IMG/VR virus record: IMGVR_UViG_3300020049_007251
Direction: 5' to 3' (one strand)
Length of the DNA: 64,000 nt
Origin: an uncultured virus (IMG/VR IMGVR_UViG_3300020049_007251)
Taxonomy: Duplodnaviria; Heunggongvirae; Uroviricota; Caudoviricetes
Of the stretch, positions 63,592 through 64,000 are shown in pieces. Within the stretch, counting starts at the first letter, position 1. The number at the start of each line of letters is the position of its first letter. The translations under genes and the position numbers were made by a program. The notes under the pieces were generated by a model. The model was not told the origin of the DNA and did no database searches. It worked only from the letters and a program-made list of their open reading frames with translations.

Positions 63592-64000
63592 CCGAAAGCG
63601 TTGTCGCTTATGGGAAATACGGTGACACCGTTGTCCCGCTAAAAGTGACATCAGACGGAAGTCTTGAGATCGAAGGCGGCGGATCTTTTAGTGGAGAGAT
63701 GACCGGGCCATTCACTCAACTGACTTCTTGCCCGGCTGACATCGTTGCATATATGGCTGCGCTTGCCGAAGACACGCGCGTCCAGTTTCCTTCGGGATGT
63801 TCATATACCCTCACGACAGCTTCAACAGTTGAAATCCCAAGCGGGGTTTGGGTTGACTTTTCAGATACATTGTTCAATAGAACGGCAACCGCCGCCGCGA
63901 TTATAACGGCAACGACGAAAGACGTAACGAAAAGTATTCATATTAGCAATGTGCGTTGCACCGGGGCATTTGCAACTTCATGTATCAGTATCAATCAAAA
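63501..64000 (+). CDS. Signal-peptide-bearing tail-spike-like protein (runs off right edge; not in track)
   Basis: MKKFILLLLLVLGQILATSAFA-KYESSSED..V.YG.YG...PLKV..DG; then VQFPSGCSYTL...VEIPSGVWV, resembling a beta-helix cap. Confidence 0.65.
   Translation, partial: MKKFILLLLLVLGQILATSAFAKYESSSEDAESVVAYGKYGDTVVPLKVTSDGSLEIEGGGSFSGEMTGPFTQLTSCPADIVAYMAALAEDTRVQFPSGCSYTLTTASTVEIPSGVWVDFSDTLFNRTATAAAIITATTKDVTKSIHISNVRCTGAFATSCISINQ

Larger units (their letters stand above)
41069..64000 (+). mobile_element. Phage B: podovirus-like genome segment with lambdoid-type replication initiator
   Basis: Second terminase, T7/BPP-1-type portal, scaffold, capsid, tail tubular A/B, ejection proteins, gp17-like fibre; visibly CpG-richer sequence from about 41070. 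Confidence 0.85.

Noticed and set aside
1..64000. Integrase/att sites and alternative genetic code
   Set aside because: No recombinase motifs or flanking att-like repeats seen; genes read full length in the standard code, with TAA, TGA and TAG all used as stops.

Overview
The whole window is tailed-phage DNA; no host housekeeping genes, integrase, CRISPR array or canonical tRNA were seen. It holds two unrelated phage gene sets back to back. Phage A (1 to about 41 kb) has a minus-strand contractile-tail morphogenesis operon at 1-23.6 kb: PBSX-type terminase, DUF1073-type portal, DUF2213-type protease/scaffold, DUF2184-type capsid, sheath, tube, frameshifted chaperone, short tape measure, baseplate and tail spike. 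Two glycosyltransferases and a methyltransferase sit among its head genes. A divergent plus-strand early region at 24-39 kb carries a nucleotide-modification cluster, PolA and a primase-helicase. Phage B (about 41-64 kb, plus strand, CpG-rich) has GroES, a lambda-O-like initiator with iterons, an acyl carrier protein, RusA, a second terminase and a podovirus-type (T7/BPP-1-like) portal-scaffold-capsid-nozzle-ejection-fibre module. Most notable: (1) virion-type proteins with Sec signal peptides in both phages, one of them next to an O-antigen-ligase/oligosaccharyltransferase-family gene inside the capsid-tail operon, a candidate periplasmic virion-maturation/glycosylation system; (2) a thymidylate-synthase homolog with the dCMP-specifying Asp, pointing to modified cytosine; (3) a five-copy RNA internal-loop motif at the scaffold and capsid genes; (4) tRNA-like and other structured non-coding elements; (5) the two-phage junction itself. 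All family assignments come from reading motifs and gene order by eye, not from database searches.
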